IMG/VR virus record: IMGVR_UViG_2663763400_000006
DNA: 55,493 bases
Reading direction: 5' to 3' (one strand)
DNA from: a virus
Taxonomy: Duplodnaviria; Heunggongvirae; Uroviricota; Caudoviricetes
Each line of letters starts with the position of its first letter. Positions within the stretch are counted from its first letter, which is position 1. Below, piece after piece: positions 19,828 through 33,661 of this stretch. The notes under the pieces are model-generated. The model was not told the DNA's origin. It saw only the letters and a list, made by a program, of their open reading frames with translations, and did no database searches. The position numbers were made by a program, and so were the translations under genes.

Positions 19828-20121
19828 TTATTGTGAGCAATACACACGCGCTTCCAGCGGAGTATAAATGCCTAAAGTAATAAAACCGAGCAATCCATTT
19901 ACGAATGTTTGCTGGGTTTCTGTTTTAACAACATTTTCTGCGCCGCCACAAATTTTTGCTGCATCGACAGTTTTCTTCTGTCCAATTCCCGAAACGAAGA
20001 AGTGATGGGTGATGGTTTCCTTTGGTGTTACTGCTGTAGGTTTGTTTCCAACAGTAAACGTCTGTTGAGCACATCCTGTAATAAGCATTGCCAGAGCGGC
20101 AGAAAACAACATTTTTTTCAT
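19828..20121 (-). CDS. bor: Bor lipoprotein (serum-resistance factor)
   Basis: Start MKKMLFSAALAMLITGCAQQTFTV... matches lambda Bor as recalled; lipobox ITGC. Confidence 0.9.
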   Translation of the reverse strand: MKKMLFSAALAMLITGCAQQTFTVGNKPTAVTPKETITHHFFVSGIGQKKTVDAAKICGGAENVVKTETQQTFVNGLLGFITLGIYTPLEARVYCSQ

Positions 20122-20483
20122 CTTATTATCCTGCATTGTTAAAAACGGCAGAATCCTATGTGACAACAATTAAACGATAGTTAAATGGATTGATGAAAAT
20201 TAAAACTATATAGGTGTACGCTCAGACTATTGGAGGAAGTTGGGGACACTCAGAATCCTGTGGAATGAAATAAACCGGTCTATCCGTCTATTACCCTTTT
20301 AGCTGCGCTGTATCGTCGCCGTATTCCCGCATTAACCATGACCGTAGCCCGACGGGGAATTCCTTCTGCGTGAGTGTGCGGGAATAATCAAAAACGATGC
20401 ACACCGGGTTTTACTGTGCTGACAGACGCAGGGTTACCCTCATAGTCGCTTTTCCGGTGCGATGGTGGAAGAAACCGGGATGT

Positions 20484-20678
20484 TCATCCATCATCACTTT
20501 GGATTGATGTATATGCTCTCTTTTCTGACGTTAGTCTCCGACGGCAGGCTTCAATGACCCAGGCTGAGAAATTCCCGGACCCTTTTTGCTCAAGAGCGAT
20601 GTTAATTTGTTCAATCATTTGGTTAGGAAAGCGGATGTTGCGGGTTGTTGTTCTGCGGGTTCTGTTCTTCGTTGACAT
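20484..20678 (-). CDS. Small conserved prophage protein (DUF3950/YlcI-like)
   Basis: 64-aa basic ORF in the segment between bor and cos, which resembles the lambda right end as recalled. Confidence 0.45.
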   Translation of the reverse strand: MSTKNRTRRTTTRNIRFPNQMIEQINIALEQKGSGNFSAWVIEACRRRLTSEKRAYTSIQSDDG

Positions 20679-20839
20679 GAGGTTGCCCCGTATTCAGTGT
20701 CGCTGATTTGTATTGTCTGAAGTTGTTTTTACGTTAAGTTGATGCAGATCAATTAATACGATACCTGCGTCATAATTGATTATTTGACGTGGTTTGATGG
20801 CGTAGATGCACGTTGTGACATGTAGATGATAATTATTAT

Positions 20840-21060
20840 CATTTTGCGGGTCCTTTCCGGCGATCCGACAGGTTACGGGGCGGCGACCTCGCGGGTTTTC
20901 GCTATTTATGAAAATTTTCCGGTTTAAGGTGTTTCCGTTCTTCTTCGCCGTAACCTAATGTTTTTATTTAAAACACCCCCTGAAAAGAAAGGAAACGACA
21001 GGTGCTGAAAGCGAGCTTTTTGGCCTCTGTCGTTTCCTTTCTCTGTTTTTGTCCGTGGAA
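20840..21060. other. Phage cos site (cosQ-cosN-cosB)
   Basis: GGGCGGCGACCT cohesive-end sequence at about 20878-20889 inside gggtcctttccggcgatcc...cgggttttcgctatttatga, directly upstream of Nu1; lambda-like as recalled. Confidence 0.85.
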
Positions 21061-21066
21061 TGAGCA

Positions 21067-21586
21067 ATGGAAGTCAACAAAAAGCAGCTGGCTGACATTT
21101 TCGGTGCGAGTATCCGTACCATTCAGAACTGGCAGGAACAGGGAATGCCCGTTCTGCGAGGCGGTGGCAAGGGTAATGAGGTGCTTTATGACTCTGCCGC
21201 CGTCATAAAATGGTATGCCGAAAGGGATGCTGAAATTGAGAACGAAAAGCTGCGCCGGGAGGTTGAAGAACTGCTGCAGGCCAGCGAGACAGATCTCCAG
21301 CCAGGGACTATTGAGTACGAACGCCATCGACTTACGCGTGCGCAGGCCGACGCACAGGAGCTGAAAAATGCCAGAGACTCCGCTGAAGTGGTGGAAACCG
21401 CATTCTGTACTTTCGTGCTGTCGCGTATCGCAGGTGAAATTGCCAGTATTCTCGACGGGATCCCCCTGTCGGTGCAGCGGCGTTTTCCGGAACTGGAAAA
21501 CCGACATGTTGATTTCCTGAAACGGGATATCATCAAAGCCATGAACAAAGCAGCCGCGCTGGATGAACTGATACCGGGGTTGCTGA

Positions 21587-21612
<26 letters not shown>
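21067..21612 (+). CDS. nu1: Terminase small subunit Nu1
   Basis: 181 aa, MEVNKKQLADIFGASIRTIQNWQEQGMPVLRGGGKGNEVLYD... matches lambda Nu1 as recalled. Confidence 0.95.
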
Positions 21613-25293
<3,681 letters not shown>

Positions 25294-25313
<20 letters not shown>

Positions 25314-26613
25314 TCTCCCGCATATTGCCAGCATGGCCTTTAATGAGCCGCTGATGCTTGAACCCGCCTATGCGCGGGTTTTCTTTTGTGCGCTTGCAGG
25401 CCAGCTTGGGATCAGCCGCCTGACGGATGCGGTGTCCGGCGACAGCCTGACTGCCCAGGAGGCACTCGCGACGCTGGCATTATCCGGTGATGATGACGGA
25501 CCACGACAGGCCCGCAGTTATCAGGTCATGAACGGCATCGCCGTGCTGCCGGTGTCCGGCACGCTGGTCAGCCGGACGCGGGCGCTGCAGCCGTACTCGG
25601 GGATGACCGGTTACAACGGCATTATCGCCCGTCTGCAACAGGCCGCCAGCGACCCGATGGTGGACGGCATTCTGCTCGATATGGACACGCCAGGCGGAAT
25701 GGTGGCGGGGGCATTTGACTGCGCTGACATCATCGCCCGTGTGCGTGACATAAAACCGGTATGGGCGCTGGCCAACGACATGAACTGCAGTGCAGGTCAG
25801 CTGCTTGCCAGTGCCGCCTCCCGGCGTCTGGTCACGCAGACCGCCCGGACAGGCTCCATCGGCGTCATGATGGCTCACAGTAATTACGGTGCTGCCCTGG
25901 AGAAACAGGGCGTGGAAATCACGCTGATTTACAGCGGCAGCCATAAGGTGGATGGCACTCCTTACAGCCATCTTCCGGATGACGTCCGGGAGACACTGCA
26001 GTCCCGGATGGACGCAACCCGCCGGATGTTTGCGCAGAAGGTGTCGGCATATACCGGCCTGTCTGTGCAGGCTGTGCTGGATACCGAGGCTGCAGTGTAC
26101 AGCGGTCAGGAGGCCATTGATGCCGGACTGGCTGATGAACTTGTTAACAGCACCGATGCGATCACCGTCATGCGTGATGCACTGGATGCACATAAATCCC
26201 GTCTCTCAGGAGGGCGAATGACCAAAGAGACTCAATCAACAACTGTTTCAGCCACTGCTTCGCAGGCTGACGTTACTGAGGTGGTGCCAGCGACGGAGGG
26301 CGAAAACGCCAGCGCGGCGCAGCCGGACGTGAACGCGCAGATCACTGCAGCGGTTGCGGCAGAAAACAGCCGCATTATGGGGATCCTCAACTGTGAGGAG
26401 GCTCACGGACGCGAAGAACAGGCGCGCGTTCTGGCAGAAACCCCCGGTATGACCGTGGAAACGGCCCGCCGCATTCTGGCCGCAGCACCACAGAGTGCAC
26501 AGGCGCGCAGTGACACTGCGCTGGATCGTCTGATGCAGGGTGCACCGGCACCGCTGGCTGCAGGTAACCCGGCATCTGATGCCGTTAACGATTTGCTGAA
26601 CACACCAGTGTAA
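25294..26613 (+). CDS. C: Head protease/scaffold C (with nested Nu3)
   Basis: Matches lambda C from TAELRNLPHIASMAFNEPLMLEP...; start appears to be GTG at 25294, the ORF is open further upstream within the B overlap. Confidence 0.85.
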
Positions 26614-26622
26614 GGGATGTTT

Positions 26623-26955
26623 ATGACGAGCAAAGAAACCTTTACCCATTACCAGCCGCTGGGCAACAGTGACCCGGCTCATACCGCAACCGCGCCAGGC
26701 GGATTGAGTGCGAAAGCGCCTGCAATGACCCCGCTGATGCTGGACACCTCCACCCGTAAGCTGGTTGCGTGGGATGGCACCACCGACGGTGCTGCCGTTG
26801 GCATTCTTGCTGTTGCTGCTGACCAGACCAGCACCACGCTGACGTTCTACAAGTCCGGCACGTTCCGTTATGAGGATGTGCTCTGGCCGGAGGCTGCCAG
26901 CGACGAGACGAAAAAACGGACCGCGTTTGCCGGAACGGCAATCAGCATCGTTTAA
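26623..26955 (+). CDS. D: Head decoration protein D
   Basis: [43 protein letters not shown]... matches lambda D as recalled; AAGGGA Shine-Dalgarno. Confidence 0.9.
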   Translation: MTSKETFTHYQPLGNSDPAHTATAPGGLSAKAPAMTPLMLDTSTRKLVAWDGTTDGAAVGILAVAADQTSTTLTFYKSGTFRYEDVLWPEAASDETKKRTAFAGTAISIV

Positions 26956-26959
26956 CCTT

Positions 26960-26995
26960 ACCCTTCATCACTAAAGGCCGCCTGTGCGGCTTTTT
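26960..26995 (+). terminator. Hairpin plus T-tract between D and E
   Basis: ggccgcctgtgcggc followed by ttttttt. Confidence 0.4.
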
Positions 26996-27010
26996 TTACG
27001 GGATTTTTTT

Positions 27011-27256
27011 ATGTCGATGTACACAACCGCCCAGCTGCTGGCGGCAAATGAGCAGAAATTTAAGTTTGATCCGCTGTTTCTGCGTCTCTTTTTCCGTGAG
27101 AGCTATCCCTTCACCACGGAGAAAGTCTATCTCTCACAAATTCCGGGGCTGGTAAACATGGCGCTGTACGTTTCGCCGATTGTTTCCGGTGAGGTTATCC
27201 GCTCCCGTGGCGGCTCCACCTCTGAATTTACGCCGGGATATGTCAAGCCGAAGCAC
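27011..27256 (+). pseudogene. E: Major capsid protein E, 5' fragment truncated by an insertion
   Basis: MSMYTTAQLLAANEQKFKFDPLFLRLFFRESYPFTTEKVYLSQIPGLVNMALYVSPIVSGEVIRSRGGSTSEFTPGYVKPKH then diverges into 9 unrelated codons and a stop at 27286. Confidence 0.85.
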
Positions 27257-27365
27257 TTAGCATGGCTTTCTGAGGCTTTCGTGTAGTTGCTGGTTTTTAC
27301 ACTTAATCTTTTGATAATAAAGAATAAGTTTATCTGGTGCTTTCACTGAATTTTCCTCGTTATCT

Positions 27366-27403
27366 GTGTGTTGCAATCATCTCTGTATTGCAGCTTGTAT
27401 TGC
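27366..27403. repeat. TGTATTGCA-type direct repeats upstream of the island integrase (possible arm sites)
   Basis: ctgtgtgttgcaatcatctctgtattgcagcttgtattgc; a similar pair occurs near the right end at about 38014-38040. Confidence 0.4.
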
Positions 27404-27418
27404 TTTTTGGGGCTAAAA

Positions 27419-28654
27419 ATGGCTGGCGAGAACAAACTGAGCGACAAAGCGCTTAAAGGATATCTGGGGAAACCCAGAGAAAAGCAGATCACCATTGCTG
27501 ATGGAAAGGGGCTTTCTATTCGTGTGAGTACTAAAGGGGCTGTGAGCTTTGTTTTCTTCTACAGGTTAGCAGGTGGCCGGGCTGCTCCGGTCTGGCTAAC
27601 GTTGGGTAAATATCCTGATATGTCACTCAAACAGGCAAGGGAAAAGCGCGACGAGTGCCGTGGTTGGTTGGCTGACAAACGTGATCCGCGTATCCAGATT
27701 AAGATTCAGGCTGAAGAACGCTTAAAGCCGGTCACTGTGGAGGATGCACTAAATTACTGGTATGAAAATTACTGTAAGGTGCGTCGTAAAACTCATGCTG
27801 TAACGCTTGGCAGATTTCGAAAGCATATCTTTCCCTATATCGGTCATTTGCCCGTAAATGACACTCACCTATATGAATGGCTGGACTGTTTTGACCGAAT
27901 TAAACGTAATGCACCAGTTATGGCGGCGTATGTTTTTTCTGACACTAAATTAGCTCTTCGTTTTTGTCGGGTACGCCAGTACGCGACGTGTGATGCTTTA
28001 AAGGATTTGCGCATGAGTGATGTGGGGCAGATTGCAGGTAAGCGGGATCGGGTTCTGGATGAAGCCGAACTCGGCCAGCTCTGGAAGGCAATTTTTGTCG
28101 AGCCTGATTTAAAACTAATGTCTGAATACACGCGAAAAATGTTTGTGCTTTGTACAGTATTTGGATGTCGAATGAGTGAAGCCCGATTATCAGAATGGAG
28201 CGAATGGGATCTCGAAAGTTGGGTTTGGACTGTACCAAAAGATCACTCAAAAACTGGTGTTGAAATCGTCAGACCAGTACCTGAAATTCTACGACAGTGG
28301 GTAACGGATGTTCACGAAGAGACAAAACATACTGGTTATGTGCTGGGAAGTCTGCGAATTAGAGAAAGCGTAAGCAAGATTGGGGGGAAAATCGGTAAAC
28401 GTTTGGGCCATGAAAAACAATGGTCACTACACGACCTTAGAAGAACGCTATCTACTCATCTAAGTGATCTCGGTGTTGAATTTTATGTAGTAGAACAACT
28501 GTTAGGCCATGCGCTACCTGGCGTGGCAGGTGTTTACAACCGGAGTAAGTTTATGGCTAAAAAACTGGATGCTCTGGAACTCTGGACTACATATCTCAAT
28601 AGCATCGCAGGTGCTGATTCAAAAGTGACAATCCTCAAACAAAAGGTTGGTTAA
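27419..28654 (+). CDS. int: Island tyrosine integrase (P4/CP4-57 type)
   Basis: MAGENKLSDKALKG...GKGLSIRVSTKG N-terminus typical of P4-family integrases; C-terminal HDLRRT...LGHA...YNRSK catalytic motifs. Confidence 0.85.
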   Translation: MAGENKLSDKALKGYLGKPREKQITIADGKGLSIRVSTKGAVSFVFFYRLAGGRAAPVWLTLGKYPDMSLKQAREKRDECRGWLADKRDPRIQIKIQAEERLKPVTVEDALNYWYENYCKVRRKTHAVTLGRFRKHIFPYIGHLPVNDTHLYEWLDCFDRIKRNAPVMAAYVFSDTKLALRFCRVRQYATCDALKDLRMSDVGQIAGKRDRVLDEAELGQLWKAIFVEPDLKLMSEYTRKMFVLCTVFGCRMSEARLSEWSEWDLESWVWTVPKDHSKTGVEIVRPVPEILRQWVTDVHEETKHTGYVLGSLRIRESVSKIGGKIGKRLGHEKQWSLHDLRRTLSTHLSDLGVEFYVVEQLLGHALPGVAGVYNRSKFMAKKLDALELWTTYLNSIAGADSKVTILKQKVG

Positions 28655-28655
28655 C

Positions 28656-28883
28656 ATGAAAAAAATGGCAATTGTTGATAAAAAGGGTCTGGAGTACATT
28701 CCTAACATTGACCGAATGATCCGTGAGAAAGAATGTCGGGAGCTAACCACTCTTGCGAACAGCACACGCTGGAAGCTGGAGAAGGAAGGAAAATTTCCTA
28801 AGCGGATCAAGATTGGTTCCACTGCTGTTGCATATCGTCTTTCAGAAGTGCAGGCATGGATTCGAGGTGAGTGGGTAGTTTAA
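28656..28883 (+). CDS. alpA: AlpA-family excisionase/transcriptional regulator
   Basis: MKKMAIVDKKGLEYIPNIDRMIREKECRELTTLANSTRWKLEKEGKFPKRIKIGSTAVAYRLSEVQAWI, AlpA-like HTH; directly follows the integrase. Confidence 0.7.
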   Translation: MKKMAIVDKKGLEYIPNIDRMIREKECRELTTLANSTRWKLEKEGKFPKRIKIGSTAVAYRLSEVQAWIRGEWVV

Positions 28884-28952
28884 ATTATCTCAGAATAAAA
28901 TATTATGAATTACTGATTTGAGAATTTGTACTCAAATCAGTAATAACATTCT

Positions 28953-29489
28953 TTATAAGAGATTAAATCCAAATAAAGAGTAATCATATACCGGGGTGCA
29001 TTGCATTCCACTGAATATGCTGATGTTTTTTTCTGTTTCTATCCTTTTTTCAATAAGTTGTTGTATATTTTTACAGTACAATTTGTGTGTGATGTTATTA
29101 TCGTAAGCCTGATATAGCAACGTCAATGTTGACGCTAGGAAACATACAGATAAAATTAAAGTAACATATGCGGTTTTTTTATTTTTTGTCCATGATCTAT
29201 TTGTTTGTGAAATATAAAGAATTCTGATGTGGATAATGGTGAGAGACAATAGCAGGCCACTCAATAAAATAAGTATTGGGTTTGCGTATTTTATTAATGG
29301 TTGAGAGCAAAAAACTATTATAGCTCCTGTGACTGCGTATGAGAAAAAGGAGTAATTAAACTTCTTACTCCTTCTCTCAAGTATTTTAATTTCATCTTGT
29401 GTGGGGGTTTTAGATGCCTCTAATATAAGTTTATTGAATGTTTCTGTTATCTTGTTTTTTGTGTTTGTGGCTATTTTTTTTAGATTCAT
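28953..29489 (-). CDS. Unknown multi-pass membrane protein (island cargo)
   Basis: 178-aa ORF, extremely AT-rich, three to four hydrophobic helices; antisense to int and alpA. Confidence 0.5.
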   Translation of the reverse strand: MNLKKIATNTKNKITETFNKLILEASKTPTQDEIKILERRSKKFNYSFFSYAVTGAIIVFCSQPLIKYANPILILLSGLLLSLTIIHIRILYISQTNRSWTKNKKTAYVTLILSVCFLASTLTLLYQAYDNNITHKLYCKNIQQLIEKRIETEKNISIFSGMQCTPVYDYSLFGFNLL

Positions 29490-29839
29490 AGCATTCTAAC
29501 TCCCTTAACTTATTTATTACTTTCTCTTTATGATAAGAGAGGGGAATGACTTGGTAAAGTGATTTGTCATTAATAATGATAATCCTTGCGATAAATATTT
29601 CTGCAAGTTATTTATCTGTTTGTTGCTATCTTGTTAAGCGTTGGGTGTGGTTTATGTTTGGAGCGACTTTATTTAATCGTGATTTTATGGATTTATATTT
29701 ATATCCTGTAAGATAAGCGCATGTTAGTTCAGGAGTAGTGTCAGATAAAATTATTCGGAGTAGAACTACCTTTTCTGTTTATTGCCAGTATTTACATAGC
29801 AATGCGCCGTAGTTACTCACATCACGGCGCTGATACTAA

Positions 29840-30142
29840 TTATTCAGATTCTTTGGCTTTACGCCGCTGGAGTTCTTCACGAGCGACGGCTACGAGTTGC
29901 CCGATTTCCTCCGCTGCCTTGATGCCGATTTGTTCGACCTTAGCTAAGGCATCCAGTGAAGACACGAGGGGATTTTCTCCGCTTCCTTCTGCCTGGCGGC
30001 GGGCGATCTCACCGCGCATGGCGGTTACTATGAATCCGGCGTTGCTCTCGCCGTCCAGTTTTACGGATTCCATGCCCTCCATAACATCGTGGGGAACCCT
30101 GATCGTTGTCATTTGCGATTTTGCATTTTTGTATACAGACAT
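29840..30142 (-). CDS. Putative ribbon-helix-helix regulator (candidate island repressor)
   Basis: 100-aa ORF (MTTIRVPHDVMEGMESVKL...), divergent from the rightward island operon across a repeat-containing intergenic region. Confidence 0.4.
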   Translation of the reverse strand: MSVYKNAKSQMTTIRVPHDVMEGMESVKLDGESNAGFIVTAMRGEIARRQAEGSGENPLVSSLDALAKVEQIGIKAAEEIGQLVAVAREELQRRKAKESE

Positions 30143-30149
30143 AGTTAAT

Positions 30150-30260
30150 CACCAATTTGTTATGTGTATATCACTATACACAAAAGTGATATATAAAAAC
30201 ACTTGCAATGTATATCACCACAATATAATGTATATCTCACATTATGGTCGCTATGTATCT
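30150..30260. promoter_or_regulatory. Island divergent promoter/operator region with TGTATATCAC-type repeats
   Basis: tgtgtatatcactatacacaaaagtgatatataaaaacacttgcaatgtatatcaccacaatataatgtatatctcaca: four or more copies of TGTATATC(A/T)C in both orientations. Confidence 0.45.
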
Positions 30261-30350
30261 CACAATGATCGATTCATAAAAACGACGAAACCCGGCAGTG
30301 CGCGAACACTAACCGGGCTTCTAACCAAACCGTTAAACGAGGTAACGATT

Positions 30351-30716
30351 ATGGCTGGAACACAGCATACCCAAACTCACCCTAAATTTATATACACCTT
30401 TCTGGCACTACACCACGACCGCATGGCAGATGGAGCAACTACGGTACATGTAGCCGCTGACACGCTGGTTGATGCCCGCAAGATGGTTAAGGAGATGGGC
30501 TATACTGCGGCTTTCTGGAAAGGGCGTGAAGAAAACACGCTGTTTATTCAGAAATGCGAAAACAATTTCATCTGGCGTTTTATCGCCCTGAGTACGGCAC
30601 AACCGCGCGTGATTCACATCGTGGCCACCAGCGAACAGGAAGCCCGCCAGCAATCCCCGGCTGGTTGCGTGAGGGTATTCGCCGCCCGTATTCGTCAGGA
30701 GGTATGCCGTGCTTAA
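30351..30716 (+). CDS. Hypothetical protein, first gene of the rightward island operon
   Basis: 121-aa ORF beginning MAGTQHTQTHPKF; the ORF-track entry 29802..30716 is this gene with a spurious upstream extension. Confidence 0.4.
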   Translation: MAGTQHTQTHPKFIYTFLALHHDRMADGATTVHVAADTLVDARKMVKEMGYTAAFWKGREENTLFIQKCENNFIWRFIALSTAQPRVIHIVATSEQEARQQSPAGCVRVFAARIRQEVCRA

Positions 30717-30894
30717 AACCTTCCGTGTATTTGCCCGAGCGGTTAACCCACGAGGCCACACAATTGGTATCACTCAGAACGTGAAGGCTGTTAATGTTCA
30801 GACGGCTATTGCTGTGGTGAGAAGCGAATCATCAGAATATGGCTTATCACAAGTCATTATTTCAGCAGTGTATGAATTAAAAGAGGTGCATTAA
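30709..30894 (+). CDS. Hypothetical small protein
   Basis: 61-aa ORF, tightly packed with neighbours. Confidence 0.3.
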   Translation: MLKTFRVFARAVNPRGHTIGITQNVKAVNVQTAIAVVRSESSEYGLSQVIISAVYELKEVH

Positions 30895-31085
30895 TGCAGG
30901 AAATTACATTACACGAAGCCGCTGAACGTGCGCACCAGACAGAAATTATTTGCCGCCTTCTTGAGGTATACCCGAACAAAATTACAGATGCTGATATATC
31001 CGCACTGGCGAGCCTACTGGCGCGTCTTTCGGGAAGTGTCGCTAGTTTTTTGATTGAGGAAGAAAGTAAGCTGGTGGGGGATTAA
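30894..31085 (+). CDS. Hypothetical small protein
   Basis: 63-aa ORF, start overlaps the previous stop. Confidence 0.3.
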   Translation: MQEITLHEAAERAHQTEIICRLLEVYPNKITDADISALASLLARLSGSVASFLIEEESKLVGD

Positions 31086-31307
31086 ATGAATACAGAACGG
31101 GAAGTCTTTTTTAAATTGTTAGCATGTGCAGAAAGTTCATTAACTTTAAATAATTCAGCAAAAGCAATATTAAATATGTGGCTTGATTGCATAAATGACA
31201 ATGAAGATGCAAATATTGCTTATGGCCTGTTGTCACTTATTGATGAAGCAGCAGAAAAACTCAATGACGCAATAAATAGTGCCCTGTTATCAAATAAGTC
31301 GAGTTAA
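31086..31307 (+). CDS. Hypothetical small protein
   Basis: 73-aa acidic ORF. Confidence 0.3.
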   Translation: MNTEREVFFKLLACAESSLTLNNSAKAILNMWLDCINDNEDANIAYGLLSLIDEAAEKLNDAINSALLSNKSS

Positions 31308-31324
31308 GTCGAGGAATAAATAAT

Positions 31325-31624
31325 ATGGAAATGAAAAATTCTGGCTTTATTGCCAGCGGCCCCGCTCGGCCTGAATTTATGAACGGCGATATTTACCGCG
31401 ATAAATACGGCGGCACGGTAACGATTAAAGGCGTGGCAGAACGGCGCATCACTTACCGCCGTGAGGGGTATAGCTATGACTGCGTGATGCCTGTTTATCA
31501 GTTCCGGCGTGATTTTTCCCTGGTATATGCCGCACCTCGCAGTAAGCCCACCAGCAGGGAAAAAGCGCGGGGAAACATCCAGAAAATGAAAAGCATGATT
31601 AACGCATTCAGGGGCAAAAAATGA
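31325..31624 (+). CDS. Hypothetical small protein
   Basis: 99-aa ORF overlapping the primase start. Confidence 0.3.
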   Translation: MEMKNSGFIASGPARPEFMNGDIYRDKYGGTVTIKGVAERRITYRREGYSYDCVMPVYQFRRDFSLVYAAPRSKPTSREKARGNIQKMKSMINAFRGKK

Positions 31625-33372
31625 AACTGGCACCGAACTTAAAAAAACAGCCACGCGACAGACTGACAGAGGTAATCATCTTTGCAGGTAGTGATGCGTG
31701 GAGCCATGCGAAAGAGTGGCAGGAATGGGCGGGTAAACATATTGCCGCCGACGATGTGCCGCCTGTCGTGCTGGCTGATGAGCAACTGAAAAACATCATC
31801 GATTACCGGATCATTGATGAAGATCGTCAGTGTGTGCGTGTTTACCGCGCAGGACATATCACAGAGCACAGCATGACGCAGATTGTTACGTTACTGGCTG
31901 TGGCTGGAGTGAAGACCGTACACGAATACGCGGGGATTACTGACACCAGCCCCGTGGATTTATCCGACCAGTTGCCGCGACTCAAAGAGGAATGCGAGCG
32001 TGGGGAAAGTCTGGTGCTTAATCTTCCGACGAAGCAAAAGGCGCAACTTTCACAGATGGCAGACAGTGAACGTGCACAACTACTTGCCGATCGCTTTGAT
32101 GGTGTGTGTGTTCATGCAGAAAGTGAAATCGTCCACGTATGGCGCGGCGGGGTATGGTGTCCGGTCAGCACAATGGAGCTGAGCCGCGAAATGGTGGCGA
32201 TCTATTCAGAGCACAGGGCCACGTTCAGCAAACGTGTAATCAATAACGCCGTGGAAGCGTTAAAAGTTATTGCCGACCCCATGGGGGAGCCGTCCGGTGA
32301 TTTACTACCGTTCACTAATGGTGTGCTTAACCTGAAAACGGGGGATTTTTCTCCGCACTTACCGGAGCACTGGAGCACCACGCACAATGGCATTGAGTAC
32401 ACGCCACCAGTAGCAGGGGAAAACATCCGCGATAATGCGCCAAATTTCCATAAATGGCTTGAACATGCTGCAGGAAAAGACCCGCGCAAGATGATGCGTA
32501 TATGTGCCGCGTTATACATGATTATGGCGAACCGCTACGACTGGCAGATGTTCATTGAGGCCACCGGAGACGGGGGAAGCGGTAAGAGTACATTTACCCA
32601 TATTGCCACCCTGCTTGCTGGCAAACAGAACACCGTAAGCGCAGAGATGACATCACTCGATGATGCAGGAGGGCGCGCGCAGGTTGTCGGGAGTCGTCTT
32701 ATCGTCCTTGCCGATCAGCTGAAATATACGGGGGAAGGCACGGGCATCAAGAAAATCACGGGAGGCGATCCCGTTGAAATTAACCCGAAATATGAGAAGC
32801 GATTCACGACGATAATAAGGGCGGTGGTACTGGCAACCAATAACGACCCGATGATCTTTACCGAACGGGCCGGAGGTGTGTCACGCCGTCGGGTGATTTT
32901 CCGGTTCGACAACATTGTAAGGGAGGACGAAAAAGACAAGGAATTACCGGAAAAGATAGCGGCAGAAATCCCCGTAATTATCCGCCGCTTGCTGGCTAAT
33001 TTTGCTGACCCTGAAAAGGCACGGGCTTTATTACTGGAACAGCGTGACGGTGATGAAGCTCTGGCAATAAAGCAGCAAACGGATCCGGTTGTTGAGCTTT
33101 GCGCGGCGCTGGAGTTTCTGGAGGAAGCTCGTGGGCTAATGATGGGCGGTGGTGGTGACACCGTGAAGTACACGACCAGAAACAGCCTTTACCGTGTCTA
33201 TATGGCCTTCATGGCATATACAGGAAAGGGGAAATGTTTGAGCGTGAATGAGTTCGGAAAGGCTATGAGGTCAGCGGCGAAAGTTTACGGATATGAATAT
33301 ATTACGCGAAAAGTTAAGGGAGTCACGCAGACCAACGCAACGACTACTGATGATTGCGATGCGTTTTTATAA
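31621..33372 (+). CDS. Primase-helicase replication protein (D5_N / P4 alpha-like)
   Basis: 583 aa with Walker A GDGGSGKST and downstream helicase-like motifs. Confidence 0.8.
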   Translation: MKLAPNLKKQPRDRLTEVIIFAGSDAWSHAKEWQEWAGKHIAADDVPPVVLADEQLKNIIDYRIIDEDRQCVRVYRAGHITEHSMTQIVTLLAVAGVKTVHEYAGITDTSPVDLSDQLPRLKEECERGESLVLNLPTKQKAQLSQMADSERAQLLADRFDGVCVHAESEIVHVWRGGVWCPVSTMELSREMVAIYSEHRATFSKRVINNAVEALKVIADPMGEPSGDLLPFTNGVLNLKTGDFSPHLPEHWSTTHNGIEYTPPVAGENIRDNAPNFHKWLEHAAGKDPRKMMRICAALYMIMANRYDWQMFIEATGDGGSGKSTFTHIATLLAGKQNTVSAEMTSLDDAGGRAQVVGSRLIVLADQLKYTGEGTGIKKITGGDPVEINPKYEKRFTTIIRAVVLATNNDPMIFTERAGGVSRRRVIFRFDNIVREDEKDKELPEKIAAEIPVIIRRLLANFADPEKARALLLEQRDGDEALAIKQQTDPVVELCAALEFLEEARGLMMGGGGDTVKYTTRNSLYRVYMAFMAYTGKGKCLSVNEFGKAMRSAAKVYGYEYITRKVKGVTQTNATTTDDCDAFL

Positions 33373-33389
33373 AAAATGGCAATGGTTAT

Positions 33390-33640
33390 CTACCTTGTCT
33401 ACCTGACTGAAATAAAATACTTTTATTTCAATGTATTAATGCAGGTAGATAACTATTTTTCACTGTCTACCTGTTATCTACCTTATCTACCCATTTTTGT
33501 AGACAGGTAAGGAGACGGGTAGAGATGAGGTAGACAGCTATTTGGGGCTGTCTACCTCCCTGAAACCCGCGCCATTACTGGCCTGATAACTAATCAGGTA
33601 GACAAGGTAGACAAGGTGGTGGTGCACAAAAAACTTTTTA
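33390..33640. repeat. Island replication origin iterons
   Basis: Ten or more copies of GGTAGACA / TGTCTACC in both orientations immediately downstream of the primase-helicase gene. Confidence 0.65.
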
Positions 33641-33661
33641 AACGAGGGGGTAAAAATAAAA

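Noticed and set aside
29802-30716. 304-aa plus-strand ORF
   Set aside because: The upstream two-thirds is antisense to the RHH-like gene and crosses the operator repeats; only the 3' 121 codons (from about 30351) look like a real gene.
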